DNA of 63,528 nucleotides, filler included, from Octopus bimaculoides (GCF_001194135.2; 4 parts of 4 records of this genome joined end to end with filler, not necessarily neighbours in it); one strand, 5' to 3'. Positions 35,487-49,600 are shown, numbered from the whole stretch's first letter. A program made the numbers and translations. The notes: generated from the sequence alone by a model not told the origin.

Positions 35487-36924
35487 GTATGTATGTATGT
35501 GTTTATGTATGTATGTATATCTATATGTGTGTGCGTTTTATATCTGCGTTTGTCCTCCTCCATCGCTTAGCAACTAGTGTTGGTGTATTTATGTCTATGT
35601 AACTTCGCGGTTCGGCAAAAAGAGATAGATAGAATAAGTACCAGGTTTTAGAAAAAGTCCTGAGGTCGATTTGTTCCTCTAAACCCTTCAAGGGAGTGCC
35701 CCAGCATGGCCGAAGTCAAATGACTGATATTAGTAAAAAGAAAATTAAGATAAAAATATATATAGACCTATGTAATATTTACATATTGTTGATTCATTTA
35801 GTGCATCTGCAGAATATGTACGCAGGCAGTTCCCATTTAATGGACACTATCCATATGCCTACAGTTATGCATACATTATTTTCTCATCTTGTTTTAGATT
35901 CACTAGATTATTTAATTCCGAGACGCGTACAGGATTCATATAAGAAATAAGTGTCCTATTTTCAATATTGGTTGTATAACAAGCATAAATAGTGACCGAG
36001 TACTATTTCATTGACTATTTATATTCTCTGTCACTGAGAATTTGCCAACGCCTGATTAGATCATCTTGGTCATAACACAACATATCCGGGCACGTGGTAA
36101 CTGTATTACTTTTATTTATCATGTTAGTTTCTAAACTTGAGTTGAATAGTGTCCTATTGTTAGCTTTAACGTCCCTATTAAGTTCAATACTATTAGATGC
36201 TGCTACTATAACTATCAAATTTGGCTTAGTAGTAAATGAAAGTTTCACTTTGCAAATGTTAAATCATCTGATAGTATTTATGTTAACGGGGTGGAGAAAA
36301 GCTGCCTTAAGAATTCTAAGGAATATTTTTGTCAGAAGTTTTTGCCGTATGGAAAAACAGTGTATTATACCAGGTAACGTTACTGTTTATGTTTTTTTTT
36401 TTGTTTTTACTCTTGTACGAATTAGGTAAAAGATCGTAAGCAGATTTACTACATTGTACTTTTTTTTAAAAAGAGCTTATTTTTTAAAGTGGCTGTGCAT
36501 TTTCACTTCTTTCCTCATAGCTAGATCCTTCCAATGCATTAATTTTATTACTATTAAAAGGAGTGTTCTTAATTTATATATATATATATATACACGTTTA
36601 CTATTGATATTAATTTTATCATTATCATTGGCAGTTTCTGATAGATTTCTTCAATTATCTTTTTACCTAGAATACTACTTTTATTTATAAATGAACTCGT
36701 TAGGAGATTATCCTTCTCTTTATCCCTTAACATTCGTAGTTCGTTTAGGCATGAACTTATCCAAATTTCCACTCGCTGTAAGCCATTCCCATTGTCATAA
36801 CTTCTAATAAAGTTCTCAGTAGCCAAGGCTGAGTTACATTTTCTAGTCCAGTAATCGCTCAGAAAGAAAACATATTTTTCGTTATCAGTATGTGCAATGA
36901 TGCATCATTTTATATGCACATTAC

Positions 36925-37620
36925 CAAGATGGCAGCAAAGTGTAGACAAGTGGCAGGATGGATACTAAGGTCCTTCAAGACAAAAGACCAAAAAACTATG
37001 TTGATCCTACGGAGAACCTATGTTCTCAACCGCCTGGACAACTGTTCAGTTATGGTCACCACATAGTACCAAACTAACAGCAGATCTTGAAGCAGTCCAA
37101 CGCCACTACACTGAAAAGATTGAAATGGTGCAGCAGATGAGCTACAGGGAAAGGCTGAAAAAACTGCAACTTTACTCCATGGAGCGAAGGTGCGACAGAT
37201 ACGTAATAATCTACATATGGAAAACTCTAGAAGAGCTAGAACCTGATTTCGCATTGAGTGTTATACAAATGCCAGAACTAGACGCCGTTATAGTGTACCA
37301 AAGGTGCCATCTATTCTATCTAAATTCAGGACCAGGTACCGCAATAGCCTAGGGTTCAAAGGCCCACAGCTCTTCAATGCCCGGCCACAAAAATTAAGAA
37401 ATATGCATAAGGCGGAATCAGATGTCTTCAAAAAGGAACTAGGCATCCTCCTCTCCACAATACCGGATGAACCAACGGCCCGACATGAGGTACGGACCCG
37501 GGCTGCGAAATCAAACTCCCTTATACACCAAATGAGCCAAAAGCTGGAATAAAGGCACATACAGGAGTGGTGATGTGAAACACCTCAGACTGAGGACATC
37601 AGCAAAATCACAATGGTGCT
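36925..37620 (+). mobile_element. CR1-clade LINE 3' end
   Basis: GWILRSFKTKD...; LWSPHSTKLTADLEAVQRHYTEKI...SYRERLKKLQLYSMERR.DRY.IIYIWK; RNSLGFKGPQLFN..P..LRN...DVFKKEL..LLSTIPDEP. These are CR1 ORF2 C-terminal motifs, frameshifted. Confidence 0.85.
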
Positions 37621-37671
37621 CCAGCATGACCGCAGCCACAGGGTTGAAACCAATAAAAGGATTAAAGAATA

Positions 37672-37738
<67 letters not shown>

Positions 37739-37810
37739 AACATAGAGAACACACATATATATATGTAAGTAAATGACAAAGGAAAAAGACATTAGACATT
37801 TAACTTCATT

Positions 37811-37857
37811 AGCTTACAGCTGTTTCTGCTTTAGGTTACAATGCACTCGTCAAAGCT
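37811..37857 (-). ncRNA. Minimal type I hammerhead-like motif, C3U variant
   Basis: Minus strand: agct-TTGACGA-G-TGC-attgtaacctaaa-GCA-GAAA-CAGCTG-T-A-agct. Helix I agct/agct, 3-bp helix II, ACAGCTGT palindrome, GUA site. Confidence 0.6.
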
Positions 37858-37989
37858 TCAAGCGTGAACGCCAATTTTATTTGGGAAAATCTCTCTACTC
37901 AAGTAACGCTTTTCTCTGATATATGAGTAAAATGATATCCAGCATCAGATTATTGGTCACGCTATCCCTAAGCGAAATATTAGCATATA

Positions 37990-38028
<39 letters not shown>

Positions 38029-38034
38029 AATAAA

Positions 38035-38232
38035 TTTTGGCAGAAGGCCAACAAGTTCAGGTTGGAAGCTAAGTCAATTATATCGACACTAGTGTTCAAT
38101 TTATTTTATCGACCCCGAAAGGATGAAAGATAAAATCAACCGCGGCAGAATTTGAACTCAGAACGTAAAAATGGACGATATGCCTCTAAGCATTTAGCCC
38201 GGGGACCGAACAATTCTGCCAGTTCGCCCCCT
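38035..38232 (-). mobile_element. SINE family B copy (two more in tandem at about 54535-54760 and 54766-54980, + strand)
   Basis: Reverse complement gives ggggcgaactggcagaa...aaatgcttagaggcat...ctgagttcaaattctgccgcggttga...cctttcggggtcgataaaataa. Confidence 0.8.
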
Positions 38233-38435
38233 TATATATTGTATATTATATGCAAAGGTTAGATGAGTTAAAATATGTTTGTGACATATTTGAACTGCTA
38301 AAAAGCAAATTCACTGCAGTTACCGTAGAGAAAATATTTCTCTAATGGTAAAGACGCTGTGAAAACAACTTATATGTCCAGTGTCGCCATCTATCAGTAC
38401 TCCCAGACGTTATAAATGTTATATATGTATCAGAT

Positions 38436-38600
38436 CAGTGGTTCCAAACCTTTTCACTACCAAGGACCACTTTTATTGAATTGAGTTTTCCCACGGACCC
38501 CAGGATATTGAAAGGTCAGTCAGCTTAACATGCTCACGGATTCCCAGTACTACCTTTGCGGACCACCAGCGGTCCGCGGACAACAGGTTGGAGACCACTG
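38436..38600. mobile_element. hAT (Charlie-type) MITE, 165 bp
   Basis: TIRs CAGTGGTTCCAAACC and GGTTGGAGACCACTG. 8-bp TSD tatcagat/tgttagat, resembling the NTCTAGAN target. Confidence 0.85.
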
Positions 38601-39690
38601 TGTTAGATGATGGATATATGCTTGTATTTACATCATTGTGGTGATAAACGTTTGTACGCACATTCCTTTTTTCAAATTTTTTCACTATTTGTCTTCTTGT
38701 TTATCAATTTACTACCTTAATATATTTATTGCTTTGTGATTTGTGCTTGATTAGCAATAGCGTAGTCTAAAAAGTGCTCTTACATCTAATCTAGACGGCT
38801 CGACATGGTTGATAATTCTCATATCTTCACCAACAACACCCGCAACCTCTATTCTTTTATTCTTTTATTCCATGTTTTAAAAAAATTATTCTTTTTCTTC
38901 CTTATCTCTATATTCTATTATCCTATACTTGTTTCAGTCATTAAGCTGAGGCCATGCTAGGAAACCACCTTGAGTTTTCAGTCGAATGAATCGACCCCAG
39001 TACTGTCCGTTTTTTTAAGGCCTGGTACATATTGCATCGTTCTCTTTCGCCAAAACGCCAAGTTACCGGGAAGTAAACACACCCACACAAGTTGTCAAGA
39101 GGTGGTGGGGTGACAAACACGGACACAAAGACATACAAACAAAGATAGTACATATTTATATACGACGGTCTTCTTTCAGTTCCCGTCTACAAACTCTACA
39201 CACAACGCTATTGTTGCCCGTGGATGCCGTAGAATACACTCGTCAAAGGTGCCACGCAGTGGGACTGAACCCAGAATCATGTGGTTGGCAAACACTCTCG
39301 TTACGACACAACCACACCTCTTTTCATAATCTAAATTTTCGTTTTGTTTTCTGCCGAAGCTTAACCTTTCTTATACTAGATTCTAATTCTGCATTTCATA
39401 TTTAAAAAACTCCGTGATGGCGTTTCTTACGGACTATGTAATAATAATGCTAGTATTATTGATACAGCTGTAGTGACAACTGTTTTCAAATACTGCCGAT
39501 GTAAGTTTTTATTGTGCCTTCAAATCTGTGTGTGAGAGAGTGAACGCGTTTATGAATGTGTGTATGTATGCGCGTGTGTATATATATATATACACAGCTG
39601 ACTTTGTAAAAGGATGGGACAGTAAAGGAAAGATGGGAGAAACTCATAACCCGATGTCCTAATGAAGATGACAGGACTAAAATGTAAGCA

Positions 39691-39737
<47 letters not shown>

Positions 39738-40567
39738 CATACATAAACACACACATATATATACCATATATTCACGCATATATATGTATNNNNNNNNNNN
39801 NNNNNNNNNNNNNNNNNNNNNNNNNNNNNNNNNNNNNNNNNNNNNNNNNNNNNNNNNNNNNNNNNNNNNNNNNNNNNNNNNNNNNNNNNNNNNNNNNNNN
39901 NNNNNNNNNNNNNNNNNNNNNNNNNNNNNNNNNNNNNNNNNNNNNNNNNNNNNNNNNNNNNNNNNNNNNNNNNNNNNNNNNNNNNNNNNNNNNNNNNNNN
40001 NNNNNNNNNNNNNNNNNNNNNNNNNNNNNNNNNNNNNNNNNNNNNNNNNNNNNNNNNNNNNNNNNNNNNNNNNNNNNNNNNNNNNNNNNNNNNNNNNNNN
40101 NNNNNNNNNNNNNNNNNNNNNNNNNNNNNNNNNNNNNNNNNNNNNNNNNNNNNNNNNNNNNNNNNNNNNNNNNNNNNNNNNNNNNNNNNNNNNNNNNNNN
40201 NNNNNNNNNNNNNNNNNNNNNNNNNNNNNNNNNNNNNNNNNNNNNNNNNNNNNNNNNNNNNNNNNNNNNNNNNNNNNNNNNNNNNNNNNNNNNNNNNNNN
40301 NNNNNNNNNNNNNNNNNNNNNNNNNNNNNNNNNNNNNNNNNNNNNNNNNNNNNNNNNNNNNNNNNNNNNNNNNNNNNNNNNNNNNNNNNNNNNNNNNNNN
40401 NNNNNNNNNNNNNNNNNNNNNNNNNNNNNNNNNNNNNNNNNNNNNNNNNNNNNNNNNNNNNNNNNNNNNNNNNNNNNNNNNNNNNNNNNNNNNNNNNNNN
40501 NNNNNNNNNNNNNNNNNNNNNNNNNNNNNNNNNNNNNNNNNNNNNNNNNNNNNNNNNNNNNNNNNNN

Positions 40568-40607
<40 letters not shown>

Positions 40608-40955
40608 TGTGTGTGTGTGTGTGTCTGTGTGTGTGTGTGTGTGTGTGTATGTATAAGCAATATCGAATACACATACACACGGTATGTGTATTGCTAGTTC
40701 GAGGATAGCTGCACTTAATGGCTTCAGAGGACATCCTCTTATCAATTCACTTGGTGTTGAAACATGGAATTCATAGACAAACGACATAACTCGCACTAAG
40801 TCCCGTTCAAGAGCAATAGGCATCGATGTTTCCTCACTTTTGTGACCCGATACAGCGCCCGATGTAAGCTAAATCGCTGTGTACGTTTACCTGCAAGCAT
40901 ATATATATATAAACATAGAGACATGTTTAAGATACATATATGATGATGGTGGTGG

Positions 40956-41001
<46 letters not shown>

Positions 41002-41265
41002 GATGATGGAACAATGCTGGTGATGATGATGCTCATCATCATCATCGCCATCATTAGCATCATGACGAAAGTTCAGAGAGGAAAAGAAACAAAAAAAAAA
41101 CAACAAAATTATAATAATCAACCAAATATCCACGCTTCCAAAATATTTTACAAACATAAAGTCACTCATACAAATATATGTGATAAAATGAAAATACTCG
41201 CACGTACCCACAAACACACACACGCATACACACACACACACGCACGCACACACGCACGCACAGAC

Positions 41266-41299
<34 letters not shown>

Positions 41300-41839
41300 T
41301 CATATGCATTTACCTTAAATAATAACACGCACATGAAACCCGTGTGTACACCAGCAAATGCACACTCACTAGCGCTCATGCACAAAAATGGGCGCACCAC
41401 TTTAAATACAAATGCAACACACATATCTAATAACGAATTACTAAAATGCCAGTTACCAAAAGTGAACAACCAGAAAAAGTAGAAGAGGAAGAATACGAAG
41501 AACAATAATGAGAACAACAAGAAGCAACACGATAAAAACAAAGAGAACATATAAACTAACACATGAAACAAAAGCAACATTGATCCTTATATCTTGAGAT
41601 TTGAATATTCTGGCTCTTAATCCAACTTACTGGCATCATTGAACTGTCCGTTGTCTGCAAAACTTCTTATGGTTTTTCCATCTATATAAGGATTAGATGA
41701 CGTTTCGGTTCATTTCACTCTACTCGGAATTCATAAGACTTGAAAGTTTGACGTAGTCAAACCACTAACTAGAGACTACGAGTTGTAATGGAGACGATAT
41801 GGAAGAACACACACACACACACACACATACACACACACA

Positions 41840-41876
<37 letters not shown>

Positions 41877-42836
41877 NNNNNNNNNNNNNNNNNNNNNNNN
41901 NNNNNNNNNNNNNNNNNNNNNNNNNNNNNNNNNNNNNNNNNNNNNNNNNNNNNNNNNNNNNNNNNNNNNNNNNNNNNNNNNNNNNNNNNNNNNNNNNNNN
42001 NNNNNNNNNNNNNNNNNNNNNNNNNNNNNNNNNNNNNNNNNNNNNNNNNNNNNNNNNNNNNNNNNNNNNNNNNNNNNNNNNNNNNNNNNNNNNNNNNNNN
42101 NNNNNNNNNNNNNNNNNNNNNNNNNNNNNNNNNNNNNNNNNNNNNNNNNNNNNNNNNNNNNNNNNNNNNNNNNNNNNNNNNNNNNNNNNNNNNNNNNNNN
42201 NNNNNNNNNNNNNNNNNNNNNNNNNNNNNNNNNNNNNNNNNNNNNNNNNNNNNNNNNNNNNNNNNNNNNNNNNNNNNNNNNNNNNNNNNNNNNNNNNNNN
42301 NNNNNNNNNNNNNNNNNNNNNNNNNNNNNNNNNNNNNNNNNNNNNNNNNNNNNNNNNNNNNNNNNNNNNNNNNNNNNNNNNNNNNNNNNNNNNNNNNNNN
42401 NNNNNNNNNNNNNNNNNNNNNNNNNNNNNNNNNNNNNNNNNNNNNNNNNNNNNNNNNNNNNNNNNNNNNNNNNNNNNNNNNNNNNNNNNNNNNNNNNNNN
42501 NNNNNNNNNNNNNNNNNNNNNNNNNNNNNNNNNNNNNNNNNNNNNNNNNNNNNNNNNNNNNNNNNNNNNNNNNNNNNNNNNNNNNNNNNNNNNNNNNNNN
42601 NNNNNNNNNNNNNNNNNNNNNNNNNNNNNNNNNNNNNNNNNNNNNNNNNNNNNNNNNNNNNNNNNNNNNNNNNNNNNNNNNNNNNNNNNNNNNNNNNNNN
42701 NNNNNNNNNNNNNNNNNNNNNNNNNNNNNNNNNNNNNNNNNNNNNNNNNNNNNNNNNNNNNNNNNNNNNNNNNNNNNNNNNNNNNNNNNNNNNNNNNNNN
42801 NNNNNNNNNNNNNNNNNNNNNNNNNNNNNNNNNNNN

Positions 42837-42870
<34 letters not shown>

Positions 42871-43147
42871 GTGATTAATACGTATGTTCATCCATTAATA
42901 TACCTTTTGACCACAACATGATGCACAAGATACTAAGCATTTACGTAGTTTTTAGTATTTTGTTATTTCATTTCCTTTTTTTTATTTTTTCATTTATTCT
43001 TTTATTTATCCAGTTTTCGTCTTTCATCTTTCATCTTTTTATCTTTTATTTCTTCTTATGCTTATTTTATTTTTATATCTTGGTATACAGTGAGGAATTC
43101 TGGTTTTAGCTTACGCATTCATGCGTATTAGTGACCGATCGACAGAT

Positions 43148-43181
<34 letters not shown>

Positions 43182-43355
43182 TGTTTGTGTGTGTTTATAT
43201 TGATATATATTTTATAAACATACTATATATGTGTGTGTATACATATATATTTTATATTATACATACTATATATGTTTGTGAGTGTGTTTCTACATACCGC
43301 TGAATGTATAAATATATATATATCTATATCTATCTATATATATATNNNNNNNNNN

Positions 43356-43398
<43 letters not shown>

Positions 43399-43843
43399 AC
43401 ATGTTCATATATATATGACGTATTTATAAGAATAAAAATGTATTTGTGTGTATGTGTGTGTGAGTGCATCTGTGTATGCGTGCGCGCGTGCGTGTTTGCG
43501 TGCGTGCGTGTGTGTGTGTTTGTGTGTGTGTGTGCGTGCGTGCATACGTTAATGCCAGTTTTGCTTCCGATTATGTTTCTATATGTATTATGGAATAGCA
43601 TCAAAGACTCTTTGGAGAAAATACCAACTGTCAGAGAATCCGAGATTCCACAAAGATGTGTGTATAACTGACCTCAAAGCCTACGCTATCAATCTTTCTC
43701 GAAACCAATTCTTTCATTTTGCCATATTCTTTCTCATCACCCTCTTCACCTCCACATATATAAGCTCAAACACACTCATTCACACACACATACACAAACA
43801 GCACGCACATATATAACTTTTGGCCACTATTTTTCGCAATCTC

Positions 43844-43903
<60 letters not shown>

Positions 43904-44804
43904 ACTCTCTCTCTTTCTCTCAGACATATATCCTCACCCATGCACCCATTCTCATATTTATATTTCTTTGTTTCTCGCAAACACCGCCATGCATCAATCA
44001 ACTTCACCACAAACGTACACAGACTGTTCCTCATATTTCGATATCGTACTTCACTTTTAGGAGAATGCTTGTAGACAAAAGGGTATACGTGTCCATTTGG
44101 CATTTTTTTTTCCTCTTGAAATCTTGGAATGCATTAACCATGGATTTAAGGTTAAAATACAGCCAAGCAGATTTGGAACGAGAAGACGCGCGCACTCTAT
44201 TAAATTCAGAGGGTGCAGATGTGGGTTTTTCAGCTTGCTATGTAGATGGCTGATGGCTAGTAGTAATAATATCAGTGTTGATGGTGGTGTGGGTGGTGGT
44301 TAAAGTCACTCATGTGGTCATTCCTTCCTTTTTATATAAAGAAACTTTCTCGTACTTATGTTTTTAGTGTGCAGAATTAAGAAATTAATAAGTCTTACCT
44401 GACCTTACCTTTAGAAAGATTCAATCCCACAAGCATTTATCGTGTATTTTAAAAATCTTTTTCGCGTTATTTATAAATAACTTTATTTTCTTTATTTTTC
44501 TCATATTCCCATTCATTTCCACCATCACCACCGTTATTTTAATCCAAATTTCCTCCATCTTTCACATTGTTGCAGGATTACGCAGGTGTCATCAATTTCA
44601 CCGACGACGTTTCTTTTTTCTTTTTATAATAATAATTATTTTTCATTTGCAGGTTTACCGTGTAAAAAGAAGTTCTTTCCCAACCACACGGTTCTGGTTT
44701 CTGTCCTACTGTGTGGAACCTAAAGCAAATATCTTCTTCTATAACTCCGAGCCGACCAAAATCTTGTAAGTAGATTTGGTAGACGAAAACTAAAAGACCA
44801 CAAT

Positions 44805-44859
<55 letters not shown>

Positions 44860-45199
44860 NNNNNNNNNNNNNNNNNNNNNNNNNNNNNNNNNNNNNNNNN
44901 NNNNNNNNNNNNNNNNNNNNNNNNNNNNNNNNNNNNNNNNNNNNNNNNNNNNNNNNNNNNNNNNNNNNNNNNNNNNNNNNNNNNNNNNNNNNNNNNNNNN
45001 NNNNNNNNNNNNNNNNNNNNNNNNNNNNNNNNNNNNNNNNNNNNNNNNNNNNNNNNNNNNNNNNNNNNNNNNNNNNNNNNNNNNNNNNNNNNNNNNNNNN
45101 NNNNNNNNNNNNNNNNNNNNNNNNNNNNNNNNNNNNNNNNNNNNNNNNNNNNNNNNNNNNNNNNNNNNNNNNNNNNNNAAATATTAAAGGGGTGAAGTA

Positions 45200-45810
45200 G
45201 CTGTATCGATTAAATATTTACAATTTTAAATATACAATAATAATTTCATTATATTTACAATGTTCGAGTAAAGCATTGCTCATTACAGATGCAATTTGTA
45301 ATGGCTTTCCTGAAGGATAGGCATCCGACCACCAGGGTAGACCCCTTGCCTTTTCTTTCCCTTGTTTTCGGCTTCCACTTATCTGGTGCCAAATACTCCC
45401 AGCTTCCTCGCCACAGGCTTCCATCTTCTCATGAATCTGTCTCGTGACAGATAACCTCTTCTCCAGCCTGATCTTACTACTGAGGTGGTAACAAAAAAAG
45501 TTAACTAACCCCTGGCCAGATACAAAGGTATCCGTCAATATTCCTCTTACACGCATCTTCCATACTGTTTCTTTCAGTATGGCTACTACGCAGGAAAAGC
45601 AAGCCTTCTTTTCCCTGTTGAGGGAAGGAGACGGCACCATCTCGATGATAGATTCAGCTGATAGCTGTACTCTTCCCATCGATGACAACAGTTGTTCTGC
45701 GAAGACTATCAGTCTCGTTAATTCCGGACATTCCACGAATGCGTGCAAGACGTTTTCCTTGTTCTGCCCGCACCTCGGACATGTCGGCGTTGCCACATAG
45801 CCACTCCTGC
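45200..45810 (-). mobile_element. Tx1/L1-group LINE 3' end with C-terminal CCHC zinc knuckle
   Basis: ORF 45218..45796: CPRCGQNKENVLHAFVECP (CX2CX7HX4C)...LKETVWKMR, a zf-RVT-like C-terminus of L1/Tx1 ORF2. Confidence 0.75.
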
Positions 45811-46429
45811 GCCTATGTATGTATGTGTGTTCGATTTTATGTTTTGTTATATAAGAAAACTTTTACATTAATCTGAAGGGTTACGCTATACTTTGGTAGA
45901 ATACAAATTTCTTATTCTTAAACATAATTGTTATTGACAGTACCCTCGAAGTTTTGGGCAGCTAAGCTATCGTCTATACATATATTTGTCTATCTGTCTG
46001 TCTGTCTATGCATGCAGGCATACACACACACACACACGCACACACACGCACGCGCACACACACACACACACGCACACACCACACACACACATACATACAC
46101 ACGCATGCACGTGAAACATGTATGCATGCATGTGTTTCTTTGTGTTTGTTCCCCACCATGACTGCTTAACAACTGGTACTGTTTTGTTTGCGTTCCTGCA
46201 ACTTGGCAGTTCGGCAAGTTACCAGACTTTAACAAGAAATGTGTACTGGGGTCAATTTGTTCGACAAAACTTTTCAAAGTGGTGCTCCAGTATGGCCGCA
46301 GTTGAATGACTGAAACAAGTAAAAGATAAAAGATTTGTTCTTGAAATTATCAATTAATAATTTGTTAATCATTAACAACGATAATAATTTACACTGTCAA
46401 TATGCAGAAAAAATGAATGTAAAATTTTC

Positions 46430-46718
46430 GATGACTTCGTCGTCATCATCATCATCATCACCATCGCCATCATCATCACCATCGCCATCATCATCATCAT
46501 CACCATCGCCATCATCATCATCATCATCACCATCATCATCATCACCATCACCATCATCATCATCATCACCATCGCCATCATCATCATCACCATCGCCATC
46601 ATCATCATCATAACCATCGCCATCATCATCATCACCATCGCCATCATCATCATCACCATCGCCATCATCATCATCACCATCGCTATCATCATCATCATCA
46701 CCATCGCCATCATCATCA
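46430..46718. repeat. Compound (CAT)n/CACCATCGC minisatellite
   Basis: Units of about 18-24 bp such as catcatcatcatcaccatcgc. Source of the spurious poly-Met and poly-Ser ORFs. Confidence 0.9.
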
Positions 46719-47599
46719 NNNNNNNNNNNNNNNNNNNNNNNNNNNNNNNNNNNNNNNNNNNNTTAATTAATTAANNNNNNNNNNNNNNNNNNNNNNNNNN
46801 NNNNNNNNNNNNNNNNNNGCCATTTAATATTGAAAGAGGAAAGTTGATAACCACAAAAGGGCAAGAGACCTGTCTGCATGAAATAGCAGTCTTTGGTAAC
46901 TCTGGAGCTTAAAATTCTTGAATTACTTTCTGTGTTTAGGTCAACTCAACCACAAGTATTAACTCTGCCTTCAACTGCAATTTTTATTAAACAGAAAAAA
47001 AAAAAACAATCAATCATGATTTATTGATGAATATCCGAAAGCTGAGTAATGTTGCATTGTTCCAAAGATTTGTTTTAGATTATTGAAACTTATCAAACAA
47101 TAGCATAGTGTAACATGAGTTCTGGACAGATTTGGAACCTAAACTTTTGGTTCAATGACTGGAATGTGTAAGTTTTTCTATTTTATTTGTTTACTAGACT
47201 TGCAATAAAATATTAGTTTATTTGGTATAACATGATCAAATTGTCCACTTAACCATCCATAAAATTTTATGAATATATTGAGAATTCCTATCAGTAAGCT
47301 AAAATTTAGCATTGAATCAAGTCAGACTGCTGTTACAATGGAACACTTTTTTAACACATTTAATATGTTCTTTTTTATAAATAGATTTTGTATTAAACTT
47401 GAACCATTGCTGAACAAATAATACAAGAAAATATAAGACAGGTAGAGAAACTAACTATAAACTTTAGAAACTTGTAATAAAACTTAAGAAGTCTATAATT
47501 AATTTGGGGGTTTGGAACAGGTTTATAGATTTCCCACCAATTCCATAGGTTGTGAATAGTAACTGTATGAGAAATTCATTGAGAAATATAGAAGCATAC

Positions 47600-47710
47600 C
47601 TTCTTTGTACTGGCTCCAGCCTCCATGTCAGAGCATGCTCTAAATGCAGCTTCAATTTCCTCATCAGTGTCATTGGTATATTCCTCATATTTTTCACTGT
47701 AAGAGTTTGA
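47600..47710 (-). CDS. Probable RIMBP2-like linker exon after the FN3 repeats (111 nt, phase 0-0)
   Basis: cttctgttctcag|TCA AAC...AAG AAG|gtatgc. Open frame SNSYSEKYEEYTNDTDEEIEAAFRACSDMEAGASTKK, phase-compatible with the 49820 donor. Acidic and low-complexity, with no homology I can recognise. Confidence 0.6.
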
Positions 47711-48699
47711 CTGAGAACAGAAGCAGGAAGAAGTGCAAGGAATATAGCAATATGGTAGAGGAATAATACAACTGTGATGATATCAAGGTTTTTAAACTAA
47801 TAACCATGGAGTCAGTAGTTCTTTGGTACCTAATTATTAGTGACATGGCAGAGTGTGATGGTTCAAGGAATCTTAGTATTGAAAAGGAAGGAATGTATGT
47901 CTGTGTGCACGCATTAATATATGAGCAAGTGAAAGAGAGAGAGAGCGAGAGGGAGAGAGAGTGTGTGTGTATATGTGAGAAAGTTGTATTGCAAGACAGT
48001 AAGTTCTAGCTTGCTTATGTTTCATCCTTGTGCGTACTCTAGGGGAATGATTCAATAGTCTTGTAATCCATTTCTGAATTAAATTGATCTTCTACCCACC
48101 AAGCAAAAGAATGCAATAAATTATTTTCTTTTATTTCACATCCATATCAGTACAAGTTGGAGGAAAGAAAAGATTTTTTGGATGTGCAACACCAGATCAT
48201 GAGGTCAGAGCAGGAACCTGCTTTGTTTCTCGCATACATTGAGAAATGTGCTTTGCTCAGAGGAAATGATATAACTATGATAGTAAGTAACTAATAACCA
48301 TGTGGTCAGCAGTTGTTATGGTACTGGGTCATGCATTTGATTCCTGGATCAGGTTGCACGTTATGTGCTGAGAAAGGAATGTCATTTCATGTTGCTACTG
48401 TTAACTCATCTGAAAATGAGTCCAAGCAGCAGTAGCTGTAGGAGCTCTGTGATGGATGGGCATCCAGTCCAGGAGATACCTCCATGAAGAAGAGCTACTA
48501 CTTGACATTTCAAAATCTGTGAGAAAGTCCCGAGTTGTTCAATTAATCCTTAGCATTTCTCTTTATCACAAGCACACACTCAAAGACTGACAAGAAGACA
48601 ACTAGATCTTGGTTACAATGGAATATCAGCCAAGACTTTATTGCATTATCTGTTCAGCTTTGTACCTAATATTTTATATAACTTATCTAAAGTGAGGCG

Positions 48700-49600
48700 A
48701 TAAGAGATCTATGCCTGCCTTAGTATTATGGAATTAAAATGTAGTATTAAATTCATTTTTCTTTCATGTTTATTTTTCTATGCAAGGTTGGCTTAGCTGA
48801 GAGTAAATTTGAGGAAGGATCTTATGACTGGATGCACTTCCTGTCACCAATCCTTACATGTTTATCAAGTAAAGGATTTTCAATTTCCATTCCACAAGAA
48901 TTTGGAAGTGCAAAAGTAGCAGTCAATCTGTTGAGAGAAAATATCAACAAATGTCACCAGTTGCAGTCCAACCACAAATGATAACATCACTCCTTGTAGT
49001 TAAGCTGCAAACAGCAATGTCTCCATCAATACCCATGGCTCAGCACAGTTCAGCCTTTTGGGAATCTTGGACTATTTTTAACTTCAGAAGGAAACTAGAA
49101 AAGTATACTTACTACACAAGAGTTCACAGTTCTCTGTAATAATTTTTTAGGACTGTCCAACAGCAAATTAGAACTACACTGTTGTTGGTGTTCTCATAAA
49201 CTATTTTATCTCTTCCTGGCTTTTAGGTTGATCTCTCTAAGCTATTTAGGCATTGAAAGGCTCCAAATGGTGCACATGCTCCGCTTGAAACTTACTGGCC
49301 TCTGGCATGCAGAGTTTTTGATTGAAAGTATTTGCATCAGCAAGGTCTCTATCTCTTCCTGACTCTTAAGTTTTCTGAAGGTATTTAGGCACTGGAGCAC
49401 ACTTGCAAAGAATTTCTTTAAATTAGATCCCAGATTTTTGACAAGTGTTTTTACTACCTTTATCATGGTTAGGTGAATTGAATAAGTTAAACTTGAGTGC
49501 TTTGTTGAAGAACATATTGATACATCTGTATTGAGATATGAACTCAAGATCCTCTGGTCAACATGATGTAAACACTCTACTCCACAACTGCAAATCCCTA
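48700..49600 (-). mobile_element. Decayed CR1/L2-group LINE remnant in RIMBP2 intron
   Basis: Weak RT C-terminal resemblance (ILSSYLNTD; SMCTIWS resembling YC.TIWSP) in ORF 49242..49547. Confidence 0.3.

Noticed and set aside
41693-41750. Minus-strand GAACC-GAAA-CGTC
   Set aside because: No intact CUGANGA and no matching helix I or II partner.
44385-44425. Two adjacent minus-strand GTAAG donor-like sites
   Set aside because: No upstream acceptor or open frame compatible with the RIMBP2 phase.
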